Shown piece after piece: positions 14,801 to 28,854 of a DNA stretch of 64,000 nt. The DNA lies in contig OZ024741.1 in assembly GCA_964016885.1 (NCBI GenBank), positions 71,424,001 to 71,488,000 on the forward strand. Reading direction: 5' to 3'. The notes under the pieces are model-generated. The model did not search any database. It was given only the letters and a program-made list of their open reading frames with translations, and was not told the DNA's origin. The position numbers were made by a program, and so were the translations under genes. This DNA comes from Eledone cirrhosa (lineage: Eukaryota). Within the stretch, counting starts at the first letter, position 1; every line of letters starts with the position of its first letter.

Positions 14801-17800
14801 TCACACCACCACCACTGCCACTATCACAACTACCCGTCTCACAACCACCACCATCACTGCCACTATCACAACTACCATTCTCACCACCACCACCATCACA
14901 ACTACTACCATTCTCACCACCACCACCATCACTGCCACTATCACAACTACTATTCTCACCACCACCATCACAACTACCATTCTCACCACCACCACCATCA
15001 CTGCCACTATCACAACTACCATTCTCACCACCACCACCATCACTGCCACTATCACAACTACCATTCTCAGCACCATCACTGCCACTATCACAACTACCAT
15101 TCTCACAACCACAAACATCACTGCCACTATCACAACTACCATTCTCACCACCACCACCACCACTGCCACTATCACAACTACCATTCTTACCACCACCACC
15201 ATCACTGCCACTATCACAACTACCATTCTCACCACCATCACTGCCACTATCACAACTACCATTCTCACCACCACCATCACCACCACCACTATCACAACTA
15301 CCATTCTCACCACCATTACTGCCACTATCACAACTACCATTCTCACCACCACCACCACCACTGCCACTATCACAACTACCATTCAAACCACCACCACCAC
15401 TGCCACAACTACCCGTCTCACCACCACCACAACTACCCGTCTCACAACCACCACCATCACTGCCACTATCACAACTACCATTCTCACCACCACCACCATC
15501 ACAGCCACTATCACAACTACTACCATTCTCACCACCACCACCATCACTGCCACTATCACAACTACCATTCTCACCACCATCACCATCACTGCCACTATCA
15601 CAACTACCATTCTCACCACCACCACCATCACTGCCACTATCACAACTACCATTCTCACCACCACCACCATCACTGCCACTATCACAAGTACCATTCTCAC
15701 CACCACCACCACTGCCACTATCACAACTACCATTCTCACCACCACCACCATCACAACTACCATTCTCACAACCACAAACATCACTGCCACTATCACAAGT
15801 ACCATTCTCACCACCACCACCACCATCACTGCCACTATCACAACTACCATTCTCACCACCACCACCATCACAACTACCATTCTCACAACCACAAACATCA
15901 CTGCCACTATCACAAGTACCATTCTCACCACCACCACCACCATCACTGCCACTATCACAACTACCATTCTCACCACCACCACCATCACTGCCACTATCAC
16001 AACTACCATTCTCACAACCACAAACATCATTGCCACTATCACAAGTACCATTCTCACCACCACCACCACCACCACTGCCACTATCACAACTACCATTCTT
16101 ACCACCACCACCATCACAACTACCATTCTCACCACCACCACCACCACTGCCACTATCACAACTACCATTCTCACCACCACCACCACCACTGCCACTATCA
16201 CAACTACCATTCTCACCACCACCACCATTACTGCCACTATCACAACTACCATTCTCACCACCACCACCATTACTGCCACAACTACCATTCTCACCACCAC
16301 CACTGCCACTATCACAAGTACCATTCTCACCACCACCACCACCATCACTGCCACTATCACAACTACCATTCTTACCACCACCATCATCACTGCCACTATC
16401 ACAACTACCATTCTCACCACCACCACAGCCACTATCACAACTACCATTCTCACCACCACCACCATCACAACTACCATTCTCACCACCATCACTGCCACTA
16501 TCACAACTACCATTCTTACCACCACCATCACTGCCCCTATCACAACTACCATTCTCACCACCACCACCATCACAGCCACTATCACAACTACCATTCTCAC
16601 CACCACCACCATCACTGCCACTATCACAACTACCATTCTCACCACCACCACCATCACAACTACCATTCTCACCACCACCACTGCCACTATCACAACTACC
16701 ATTCTCACCACCAGCACCACTGCCACTATCACAATAACCATTCTCACCATCACCACAACTGCCACTATCACAACTACCATTCTCACCACCACCACCACTG
16801 CCACTATCAACACTACCATTCTCACTACCACCACCACCACTGCCACTATCACAATAACCATTCTCACAACCAACCCATCACTGCCACTATCACAACTACC
16901 ATTCTCACCACCACCATCATCACTGCCACTATCACAACTACCATTCTCACCACCACCACCATCACTGCCACTATCAAAACTACCATTCTCACCACCACCA
17001 CTGCCACAACTACCATTCTCACCACCACCACCATGACTGCCACTATCACAATTACCATTCTCACCACCACCACCATCACTGCCACTATCACAACTACTAC
17101 TCTCACAACCACCACCATCATCACTACCATTCTCACCACCACCACCATCACAACCACCACCATCACAATAACCATTCTCACCACCACCACCATCACTGCC
17201 ACAACTACTACCATTCTCACCACCACCATCACTGCCACTATCACAACTACCATTCTCACCACCACCATCATCACTGCCACTATCACAACTACCATTCTTA
17301 CAACCACCACCATCACTGCCACTAACACAACTACCATTCTCACCACCATCACTGCCACTATCACAACTTCCATTCTCACAACCACCACCATCACAATAAC
17401 CATTCTCACCACCACCATCATCACTGCCACTATCACAACTACCATTCTTACAACCACCACCATCACTGCCACTATCACAACTACCATTCTCACCACCACC
17501 ACCATCACAACTACCATTCTCACCACCACCACCACCATCACTGCCACTATCACAACTACCATTCTTACCACCACCACCACTGCCCCTATCACAACTACCA
17601 TTCTTACCACCACCACCATCACTGCCACTATCACAACTACCATTCTCACCACCACCACCATCACTGCCACTATCACAACTACCATTCTCACCACCACCAC
17701 CATCACTGCCACTATCACAACTACCATTCTCACCACCACCACCACCACTGCCACTATCACAACTACCATTCAAACCACCACCACCACTGCCACAACTACC

Positions 17801-20800
17801 CGTCTCACCACCACCACAACTACCCGTCTCACAACCACCACCATCACTGCCACTATCACAACTACCATTCTCACCACCACCACCATCACAGCCACTATCA
17901 CAACTACTACCATTCTCACCACCACCACCATCACTGCCACTATCACAACTACCATTCTCACCACCACCACCATCACTGCCACTATCACAACTACCATTCT
18001 CACCACCACCACCATCACTGCCACTATCACAACTACCATTCTCACCACCACCACCATCACTGCCACTATCACAAGTACCATTCTCACCACCACCACCACT
18101 GCCACTATCACAACTACCATTCTCACCACCACCACCATCACAACTACCATTCTCACAACCACAAACATCACTGCCACTATCACAAGTACCATTCTCACCA
18201 CCACCACCACCATCACTGCCACTATCACAACTACCATTCTCACCACCACCACCATCACAACTACCATTCTCACAACCACAAACATCACTGCCACTATCAC
18301 AAGTACCATTCTCACCACCACCACCACCATCACTGCCACTATCACAACTACCATTCTCACCACCACCACCATCACTGCCACTATCACAACTACCATTCTC
18401 ACAACCACAAACATCATTGCCACTATCACAAGTACCATTCTCACCACCACCACCACCACCACTGCCACTATCACAACTACCATTCTTACCACCACCACCA
18501 TCACAACTACCATTCTCACCACCACCACCACCACTGCCACTATCACAACTACCATTCTCACCACCACCACCACCACTGCCACTATCACAACTACCATTCT
18601 CACCACCACCACCATTACTGCCACTATCACAACTACCATTCTCACCACCACCACCATTACTGCCACTGTCAGAACTACCATTCTCACCACCACCACTGCC
18701 ACTATCACAAGTACCATTCTCACCACCACCACCACCATCACTGCCACTATCACAACTACCATTCTTACCACCACCATCATCACTGCCACTATCACAACTA
18801 CCATTCTCACCACCACCACAGCCACTATCACAACTACCATTCTCACCACCACCACCATCACAACTACCATTCTCACCACCATCACTGCCACTATCACAAC
18901 TACCATTCTTACCACCACCATCACTGCCCCTATCACAACTACCATTCTCACCACCATCACAGCCACTATCACAACTACCATTCTCACCACCACCACCATC
19001 ACTGCCACTATCACAACTACCATTCTCACCACCACCACCATCACAACTACCATTCTCACCACCACCACTGCCACTATCACAACTACCATTCTCACCACCA
19101 GCACCACTGCCACTATCACAATAACCATTCTCACCATCACCACAACTGCCACTATCACAACTACCATTCTCACCACCACCACCACTGCCACTATCAACAC
19201 TACCATTCTCACTACCACCACCACCACTGCCACTATCACAATAACCATTCTCACAACCAACCCATCACTGCCACTATCACAACTACCATTCTCACCACCA
19301 CCATCATCACTGCCACTATCACAACTACCATTCTCACCACCACCACCATCACTGCCACTATCAAAACTACCATTCTCACCACCACCACTGCCACAACTAC
19401 CATTCTCACCACCACCACCATGACTGCCACTATCACAATTACCATTCTCACCACCACCACCATCACTGCCACTATCACAACTACTACTCTCACAACCACC
19501 ACCATCATCACTACCATTCTCACCACCACCACCATCACAACCACCACCATCACAATAACCATTCTCACCACCACCACCATCACTGCCACAACTACTACCA
19601 TTCTCACCACCACCATCACTGCCACTATCACAACTACCATTCTCACCACCACCATCATCACTGCCACTATCACAACTACCATTCTTACAACCACCACCAT
19701 CACTGCCACTAACACAACTACCATTCTCACCACCATCACTGCCACTATCACAACTTCCATTCTCACAACCACCACCATCACAATAACCATTCTCACCACC
19801 ACCATCATCACTGCCACTATCACAACTACCATTCTTACAACCACCACCATCACTGCCACTATCACAACTACCATTCTCACCACCACCACCATCACAACTA
19901 CCATTCTCACCACCACCACCACCATCACTGCCACTATCACAACTACCATTCTTACCACCACCACCACTGCCCCTATCACAACTACCATTCTCACCACCAC
20001 CACCATCACTGCCACTATCACAACTACCATTCTCACCACCACCACCATCACTGCCACTATCACAACTACCATTCTCACCACCACCACCATCACTGCCGCT
20101 ATGACAACTACCATTCTTACCACCACGACTGCCACTATCACAACTACCATTCTCACCACCACCATCATCACTGCCACTATCACAACTACCACTCTCACAA
20201 CCAGCACCATCACTGCCACTATCACAACTACCATTCTCACCACCACCACCATCACTACCACTATCACAACTACCATTCTCACCACCACCACCATCACAAC
20301 TACCATTCTCACCACCACCACCACCATCACTGCCACTATCACAACTACCATTCTTACCACCACCACCACTGCCCCTATCACAACTACCATTCTCACCACC
20401 ACCACCATCACTGCCACTATCACAACTACCATTCTCACCACCACCACCATCACTGCCACTATCACAACTACCATTCTCACCACCACCACCACCATCACTG
20501 CCGCTATGACAACTACCATTCTTACCACCACGACTGCCACTATCACAACTACCATTCTCACCACCACCATCATCACTGCCACTATCACAACTACCACTCT
20601 CACAACCAGCACCATCACTGCCACTATCACAACTACCATTCTCACCACCACCACCATCACTACCACTATCACAACTACCATTCTCACCACCATCACTGCC
20701 ACTATAATAAACTACCATTCTTACCACCACCACCACTGCCCCTATCACAACTACTATTCTCACCACCACCACCATCACTGCCACTATCACAACTACTACC

Positions 20801-21460
20801 ATTCTCACCACCACCACCATCACTGCCACTATCACAACTACCATTCTCACCACCACCATCATTGCCACTATCACAACTACCATTCTCACCACCACCACCA
20901 TCACTGCCACTATCACAACTACCATTCTCACCACCACCACCATCACTGCCACTATCACAACTACCATTCTCACAACCACAAACATCACTGCCACTATCAC
21001 AACAACCATTCTCACCACCACCACAGCCACTATCACAACTACCATTCTCACCACCACCACCACCATCACTGCCGCTATCACAACTACCATTCTCACCACC
21101 ACCACTGCCGCTATCACAACTACCATTCTCACCACCACCACCACCACCACTGCCACTATCACAACAACCATTCTCACCACCACCACCACCACTGCCACCA
21201 TCACAACTAGCATTCTCTCCACCACCACCACCATCACTGCCGCTATCACAACTACCATTCTCACCACCACCACTGCCGCTATCACAACTACCATTCTCAC
21301 CACCACCACCACCACCACTGCCACTATCACAACAACCATTCTCACCACCACCACCATCACTGCCACTATCACAAGTACCATTCTCACCACCACCACCATC
21401 ACTGCCACTATCACAACTACCATTCTCACCACCATCATCATCACTGCCACTATCATTATC
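5864..21460. repeat. ~15.6 kb intronic minisatellite, unit ~36-48 bp: CCACTATCACAACTACCATTCTC(ACC)nATCACTG
   Basis: Directly visible tandem array. Unit length varies in multiples of 3. Decays into simple ACC/ATC sequence to about 21720. Confidence 0.98.
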
Positions 21461-21779
21461 ATCAACACCACCACCATCATTATCATTACCAATCAACACT
21501 GTCACCAACAAATACTACCATAATCAATCAATACCACCACCAACACTATTACCATCAGTACTGCCATCAATACTTTTAGCACTAATACCACCAACACCAC
21601 CATTGTTACCACCAATACTTCCACCATTAACATCACCACCATCACCACCACTACCATCAACACCACCATCCCCATTCTTCACCACCACCAACACTACCAC
21701 CACCAATACTACTGCCAATGGAATTGATGGTTAACAAGAAGTGTAAAATGTGAGAAAGAGAATCTAAAGATTGTCTTAC

Positions 21780-21941
21780 CTTGTTGTTAATGGCAAGTTC
21801 ATGGTGGTACGGTTCCTCCACGTCAACAGAATTAGGCACAGGAGGACCTTTTGCTCTGCCATCCATTGATGCGGCCACCAGCTGGATTTCTGGACGGTTT
21901 AAGAGGTTAACAGTTGGAGCCTCTGTCACCTTAGTGCTCAT
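21780..21941 (-). CDS. SLC25A42: SLC25A42-like first coding exon (54-aa N-terminal extension); exon probably starts at 22001 with 5' UTR
   Basis: ATG at 21941 with an in-frame stop upstream, reading MSTKVTEAPTVNLL...ELAINNK. AAG|GTAAGA donor at 21779 is phase 0, fitting exon 2. Acceptor TTTATCTTTGTCTTCAG ends at 22002. The peptide itself is not conserved enough to recognise. Confidence 0.72.
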
Positions 21942-22584
21942 GTCAAACGACACATATACATCACAGGCAGCTGCAAGTACTTAGCAATGAACCACCTGTT
22001 ACTGAAGACAAAGATAAACGAATTAAGAGATAATTTAACCGTTTCTAATTAAATACATTGTATTATGGGTTTCAATTATTTTGAAAATAACTTTTAGAAA
22101 TTTGGAGGAATTTAATATAACTTTTTCAATAGCAAGCTGATATTTAGAACAGTGTGTGTGTGTGTGTGTGTGTCTCTGTGTGTCTGTGTGTCTGTGTGTG
22201 TGTTCTTCTGGTTTCATTACTTTATAATGTGTTACCAATAGAGAGAGAGAGCCAGTTCCTAACATAAACAGAAGACACTTACATTGGGATTTAGACAGCA
22301 TCAACTAGGTAAATATGTCTGCATGCATGCATGTGTGCAGTGCAGATATGGATGTTATTGTATGTATGGATCTGTATGCTTTCAGTTATATGTGTACATG
22401 TACATATATTTGGTATCTATACATGCGTATATGCAGTTATTTCATGATACATATGTATATGTAATTATGTATGGATGTGTGTGTGTATATGTGTATGTAT
22501 GTATGTATGTGTATATATGTATGCATGCACATGGACATGGAACAATCATCAACTATCAGTGGACCCTCACTGTAGAGATACAGA

Positions 22585-22990
22585 GAAAGATATAGGCACT
22601 TGAAAAGAGATGCTACTGCAACATCTTAGCTATCTCATAAACAGACTACATCACACAAGATATGGACCTTCATAGCAGAGATACAAATATACAGGCACTG
22701 AAAATTAGATGCTACTGCAACATCTTAGCTATCTCATAAACAGACCAAATCACAAATAAACAGATCTGCAAAACTATCCAGCATCACATTGGCTCCCATG
22801 AAAACCTTCTTACAACAGTGACCTTTCCAAGACCATTCCACAAAGAACTGTGGAGAAGGAAACATGGTCAGAGGAAAATATAGACAGACAACATCAAAGA
22901 AGGGACAGGAAAATCTTTAACAGACACCCAAGATCTGGCATGCAATCATGACAGATGGAGGGGACTGGTACACAGCATGCCACAATGGCA
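22585..22990 (+). mobile_element. Degenerate RTE-like LINE 3' fragment with an internal ~82-bp tandem duplication
   Basis: AGATGCTACTGCAACATCTTAGCTATCTCATAAACAGAC occurs twice (~22607, ~22707). Broken translation resembles an RTE C-terminus. Confidence 0.5.
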
Positions 22991-25142
22991 CTTCTACACT
23001 TCTGTTCAGGAATTGAAGGTTCAAGCAAGTAATTGTAAACTGACAGGAGATTGGCTTATCATCTAAATATGATGTTGGTCTATCATCCTGACAAGGATGC
23101 TAATTTTCAACAGTTTCATCAATCTGCTATTTCCCCCCACTCTTTAGTCAAAGAGGGAAGAATAATGCTCTTTGTATGGCCTTAGGGACTTTTGAGGGGT
23201 GGTTCGTGTATCTTGAAACTAGAGACTTGGCACAAATGCTTATATAAATGAGAGAACTATCAAAAGCACTCAAGTGCCAGGTAGTGGTGTTAAACCAAGA
23301 AATTGATAAGATTTGCCACCCAAACCTAGGAACGATATTCTAAAGGTGGTATAAGTTTTGTTGAAGGAGATTTGGCTAAAACTGGCCCTTGTTCTATGTA
23401 ACAGAAGTGCCCATTTAAAATATTCTTATTTAAATTCAAACCTTCCAACACTATTTTATATATGAAACATTTGTTTGTGTTATGTTACATGTATCATCTT
23501 TATAATGAAACAATAAATTTTGTAAATCCACCCAAATTCTGAATTCATTAACTCTTAAGATCCTGTACTATATTAGTAAGATATCTTTTAAAAGTATATA
23601 ATATCATTATGACTGCATCGCAATGAAAACTAAAGTCTACTTTAATACTGCAAATGCTCTGAATGATCTGTCCACTAGTAAAGATAATATAAACATTTGA
23701 ATTAACAAACCACATAAAAGCACATTTGTAAAACATTCTTGAAAAGTACAAAACTGCATCGCAAAAACAAAATACAACAAATTTTCATAGTAAAGATACA
23801 ATATATATTTGAATTAACAAGTCCATTAATTTTAGATGTTTTCTGGTAAATCATTACAGGGTGTTAAAGAGTTAATTTAATAGTGTATTGCAATAGAAAT
23901 GTAGTTATAGGAGTAAGCTAGACACTAACTGATATATTTAACAATCTATAATGAATTATATATTTCAAGAAACATGTTTATGTGGTGGGTTTTGCAGTTA
24001 TTTAAAGTCTAAAGTCTCAAGCCTGGAGGCTCATCGGGCCGGTACTTAACCTGGTTTCCAAGACACCCCACTGGACAGGACACCAGTTTATCGCAGGGTT
24101 GAACCCACAATTTCTTGAAGACCTGTTGTAGTGTGAATATTTAGTCAGCTGTGCTGCATCTGGAGCAAAATCCACAGTTCGTCAGCTAGGTTAGACTCAA
24201 CAACTTCTCTACTTCTCTTTGCCATACACTTATGGTATTCTTCTATGATTAGAGCAACTTCTCTTGTCTCTCTCTCTTTGAAAATCGGAAGTATCACTCC
24301 CGCACCTTTCCATAGATCCAAACCACTCGGCCTCCACAAGTCAGCCAGAAAATACTTTCTCTATTTGAAGTTCAAAAAAAAAAAAAAAAAGTCACTGCAC
24401 CAGCATGACCACACTCTAGTAACTGAAAACATGTAAAAGACTAAAAGAATGAACCTTCTTGAAACCACAGAATTTTTCTGGGTCAGAAATCACTTATCTT
24501 TTTAGGTCAGATAAACAATCAGAAGTACAAGCTATATTGTTTTGTTTTCTTTTCCATTAGTTTGTTTGTGTTATTTATGGTTGCATTTCAGGTGAAATAT
24601 CTTGGGGGAAGAGGGGGTATTTTTTTTTTTTAGTAGGTCAACATGATCTAAATAATGACCGCACCTAGGTAAGATACCTATAGACATATATAGACAAGAT
24701 TTATCTATCTATAGAATTATTTAATGACAATAACTATGTTATCACAGTATACAGCTGTTTCACACTCTCTAACATTTACTAACAAAACCTACCAATGTTC
24801 ATAATATTAACTCTTCTCCTATTGTTATGTTATCTTAATCCTTCCCCCACTGCTCTATCATGTTAACCCTTTCCCCACCGTTCTGTAATATTAACACTTA
24901 TCCCACTATTCTGTCCTGTTAACCCTTAGCTATTAACATTTCACTTACTTTTCTATGATATTAACCCATCACGCCACAAAATCAAAAAGATTGTGAAAAA
25001 AATCATTATCCCCATCAAAATCGTTTTGACATCCACTTTTTATAGGCTGGCATAGATTGGATAAAAGTTTTTGAAGAAAATTTTCGCTACAATCAAATAC
25101 CCTCTCCAATGCCAACCATACTTTATTATTTTTAGGAGTAAA

Positions 25143-25336
25143 GGCAGTGGATTGGCAATATCGTTAGAGGGTCAGACGCCATGGTTTGCAGCATGGAGTT
25201 ACAGGCCTTTACGATCATAGTTCAAATCCCGCCGAGGTTAACTTTGCCTTTCATCCTTACGGGGCCAATAAAATAAAGTACCAGTAATGCACTGGGTAAT
25301 TGCTGGCCTTGTGCCAAAAGTAGAAACAATTATTTT
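25143..25336 (+). mobile_element. tRNA-derived SINE (family A), full-length
   Basis: TGGCAATATCGTTAG A box, GTTCAAATCC B box, ends GGCCTTGTGCCAAAAGTAGAAACAATTATT. Confidence 0.85.
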
Positions 25337-27457
25337 TAGAAGTAAGGTATATCACTCATCTTCACTGGCTGGTATGCTGTGAGAAGTATTGTTTACATGG
25401 GACATAGATAAGTGACACTGTTTACTTTAAACTTTATGAATATGATGACACACATGACCAACATACAAAATGGGCTACCTTAGTTTATGTCGACCAAATT
25501 TTATTCATGAGGTAAAGTTTGGTCCGAGGATAGAATGAAATGGACCTCAGTTGGTTTCAACAATGAGTATGCCCATTGTTCAATCAATGGTACAGCCTGG
25601 TCATGAAATTAAAGTGTAAGTGGCTGAGCATTCCACAGATGCATATACCTTTAATGTAATTCTCAGGGAGACCCAATATGACAGTGTGCAACAAAACTGG
25701 CCCTTTAAATTGTAGGTACAGTCAAACCAACTTGCTTCCTAACATTCTCACTCGCAAGGCATGGATCTACCCAAGGCTATGGTAAGTAAATGACACTTGC
25801 CCAAGATAACATGTAATAAGACGAAACTCAGGGATTAATGATTATGAAGCAAACCTCGTAGCCATTTCACCATACTATGTCCAAGGCCTGATAGTACAAT
25901 AAAAGAAACTTTCCCACGATACCACGATAGGAAGTAACCCCAAAACCTACTACACTATTTAGCTCTTAAGATCATTTAATGATTTGGTAGAAGATATATA
26001 TAAAAACAGGGTCTGCTAACATGTTAACATTGCAAGTTTGAGAAAAGTACCAGATTGGTGACTGACACAAATAAAACCATGAATTTGGGGTAATGGCTGA
26101 AAGAATACAATAGTGAATACAAGTGACTAAAATAGTGTTCTCTGAAGGGTTTTTAGAGTAACATTACTCAATAGTGTGTAGATTGGCAATCAGAGAATCG
26201 CTCCAGGTGGAGATACTACTTTTCCAAATTGAGAGACCACAGCTCCAATACTATGGGCATGTGGTTAGAATATCTCAAGAAAGAATCGCTGGTCAGATTT
26301 TAAAAGCAAAACCAACCGGCAGCAGACCCATGAGTTGACCCTGAGCAAGATAGTTGGATAACATCCATAAGTCGGCTGGTCTCACTTGGGGATCCAGCTG
26401 GATCAGTTGAAAATGGTCGTTTCTGACAGGACCCGCTAGAAGGAGCGTGTGAGGACTCTTCCCCCATGACCCTCTCAGGAATAAGTGGGTGAAGGAGGAG
26501 GACCTGTTAATTCAAATTTTTATAGTAAAGAACAGATTGTTGTGGAAATTATTATTAGTATTAGAGTAGACTTTAATTTCTATTGTGAAGCAATCATAGT
26601 GCTGTGTTTTTTCCAAGTATGTTTTGCTAATGTAGCTTCATGTGGTACGAGAGAGAGAGAATAATGCTAAATAGCTGTTAAATAACAACACAACAGGTTT
26701 GTAAAGCAATATTAAATAAATATCTAACTTTTGTTTGTTATTCATTTTTGTCCCTGCTATTGTTGTTGTGGGCTTTATCAATGAGAAGGGGAGGGAGGAC
26801 CTTTGTCATCACAAAAACAAACAGAACAAAAATCAATCCACTTGACATCTCTATTGATCTATACTCACTCATTTAGACTCTCTTCTACACGACAACAAAC
26901 CATTTAGAGATGCCTCTCTGGAGTTGTGCCAATCTTAAGAAATTATCATCATTATCATTATTACTATTTACCACCATCATTACCATCATCACCACTACCA
27001 TTACCATCATCCCCATTCACACCATCATCACAACTGTCATCATTACAATCATCTTCATTCCCACTTATTATTATCAAATACCTTGCCCTTGACTGTGCCT
27101 TACACCCTACTGGAGTAGATAAAATAGAATATTAAGTACTAGTAGAGTACTCCCTGCCCCTACCCCCAGTTCTGGTCTTGTGCCAAAAAGATCATTACAA
27201 AATAATCAGTATAAGAAATCATTTTCATCATTATTATTAATGGTTTGCACAATAAATACAATGATTACTGAATCTTCTGTTTGTTGTGCCTTAACAGGGA
27301 GCTTAGACAGACAGTACTTTTCTCAGTATATGTGGAATGCCTAAGTAGTCTTTTGTAGAAGAGCAATTTGTGTTTCGAGGTCAATTTGCTCAAAATATCC
27401 TCACAGTTTCTTGTAATCCAAAGCTCCTATAACAACTTGAATTATTATTATTATTAT

Positions 27458-27680
27458 TGGGATTGGCAGTATCAGTAGAGTATCAGATAACATGCTTTAC
27501 AGCATAATATTATGGCCCTTTATGTTCTGAGTTCATATCCTACCAAGGTTAGCTTTGCCTGTCATCTTTACAGGGGTTGATAAAATAAAGCACCAGTAAC
27601 GTAATGGGATCAATTTAACCGACTTTCCCTTCCCCAAAAAATTGTTGGCCTTGGGCCTAAATCAGAATCCATTATTTTTA
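27458..27680 (+). mobile_element. SINE family A copy
   Basis: Colinear similarity to 25143-25336. Confidence 0.7.
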
Positions 27681-27934
27681 TCATAACCCCTCTTCCTGCT
27701 GATGTTTTGTGTTTCACTTTTGTTAACACTTTCATTACAGTGTTTCTAATGAAAATTTGGACCAACGAATTAAATAACTAAGTTTTTCATTAGTAAGCTA
27801 ATATTTAGAACATTACTAACAATGTTATAAAATAAAATTATCATGGAAGGTTTAATATAAGGATAAACATGTAAAAATGAACAGTTTTCTATCATAAATC
27901 CAGAACTTTTGGCTCAGAGCTGATGGATAACTTC

Positions 27935-28350
27935 TAGAAATCCCTGGCCTGGCAGTGCTACCGAGGAGCATTGCTGGTGTGAGAGAAACTTTACAGACAT
28001 GGAAGTGCCATCAGCCAACTGTCCTGCACATATTCAGTGTCCAAGCTTTGCTGACCTGTCAGTTTATGTCAAACACCTGTTGTCAAATGTAGGGCGGATC
28101 TGACTAGCAACTGAATCCATCGTGAAGAACACATGTCGCCTTCCTTTAACTGAGAAGGGCACATAGTTTTTATATGCTTGGTGGCCATGCTGAAAGAGGT
28201 TGCATGGTGGACACAATTGAAGGGGCTGAAGACAAACACTTTCCTCTTTGGCAAATTTCTCATCAACTTCTTCAAGTTTCAATTGAAGAGAAAAATCAAG
28301 GAGAAGATGGAAGTATTGCCTTCCATCCATTTTGTTGAACAGTGGGTGGG
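27935..28350 (+). mobile_element. Old Tx1/L1-like LINE 3' fragment
   Basis: GLKTNTFLFGKFLINFFKFQ matches GLKTDTFLFGQSLINFFKFH of the LINE fragment at 60.7 kb. Confidence 0.65.
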
Positions 28351-28359
28351 AGTTACAAG

Positions 28360-28826
28360 CACATGGAATATTGCAGCAAGTGTATGGAGATGAGATGATG
28401 TCGCGCACGCGAGTTTTCAAGTGGCACAAAAAGCAAGAGGACTTCGACGAGCATGACTGAGGCCAACATTGAGTGCGTGAGGCTGGTGCTGAGTGGCGAT
28501 CGTCAGCCGACTGTTTAACTGAATGCAAGTGATCTGGGTATGAAGTGCAACAGCGTTTGGAAGATTATCACCAAAGATTTGGAAGATTATCCCCAAGCTC
28601 AAGGGGGTCATCAAGGAGACCTGTTTTGAAGGTGTGGAGACCATCAAAAAGGCCATAATGAAGGAACTGAGGGGCATCCCAGAAGAATCGTTCCAGCAGT
28701 GCATAGAAGCATAGCATAGAAGCATAGCAAGGATTACTTTGAAGGGAAAACCATGTAGTTTGTTGTTTGGAATTGAAATAAATTGTTTGTGATACCAGTC
28801 CCATTACTTTTCAGACAGACCTCGTA
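28360..28826 (+). mobile_element. Internally deleted mariner transposon
   Basis: Translates ILQQVYGDEMMSRTRVFKWHK (mariner HTH) and a C-terminal KLKGVIKETCFEGVETIKK...FQQC. Ends TTACTTTTCAGACAGACCTCG-TA. Confidence 0.75.
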
Positions 28827-28854
28827 TAAATAGTTTGTTCAAGATGAAGCCATT

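Noticed and set aside
5864-21460. CRISPR-like repeat/spacer array
   Set aside because: The variable parts are only (ACC)n length changes, not unique spacers; the context is eukaryotic and there are no cas genes.
5797-21734. Giant Val-, Thr-, Pro- and Gly-rich ORFs (up to 1909 aa)
   Set aside because: All are reading frames of one triplet-based satellite. They are open on both strands, switch frame arbitrarily, and lie inside an intron.
24750-24761. Minus-strand GAAA-CAGCTG-TA, like a hammerhead 3' half
   Set aside because: No CUGANGA or stem II upstream; at most a remnant.
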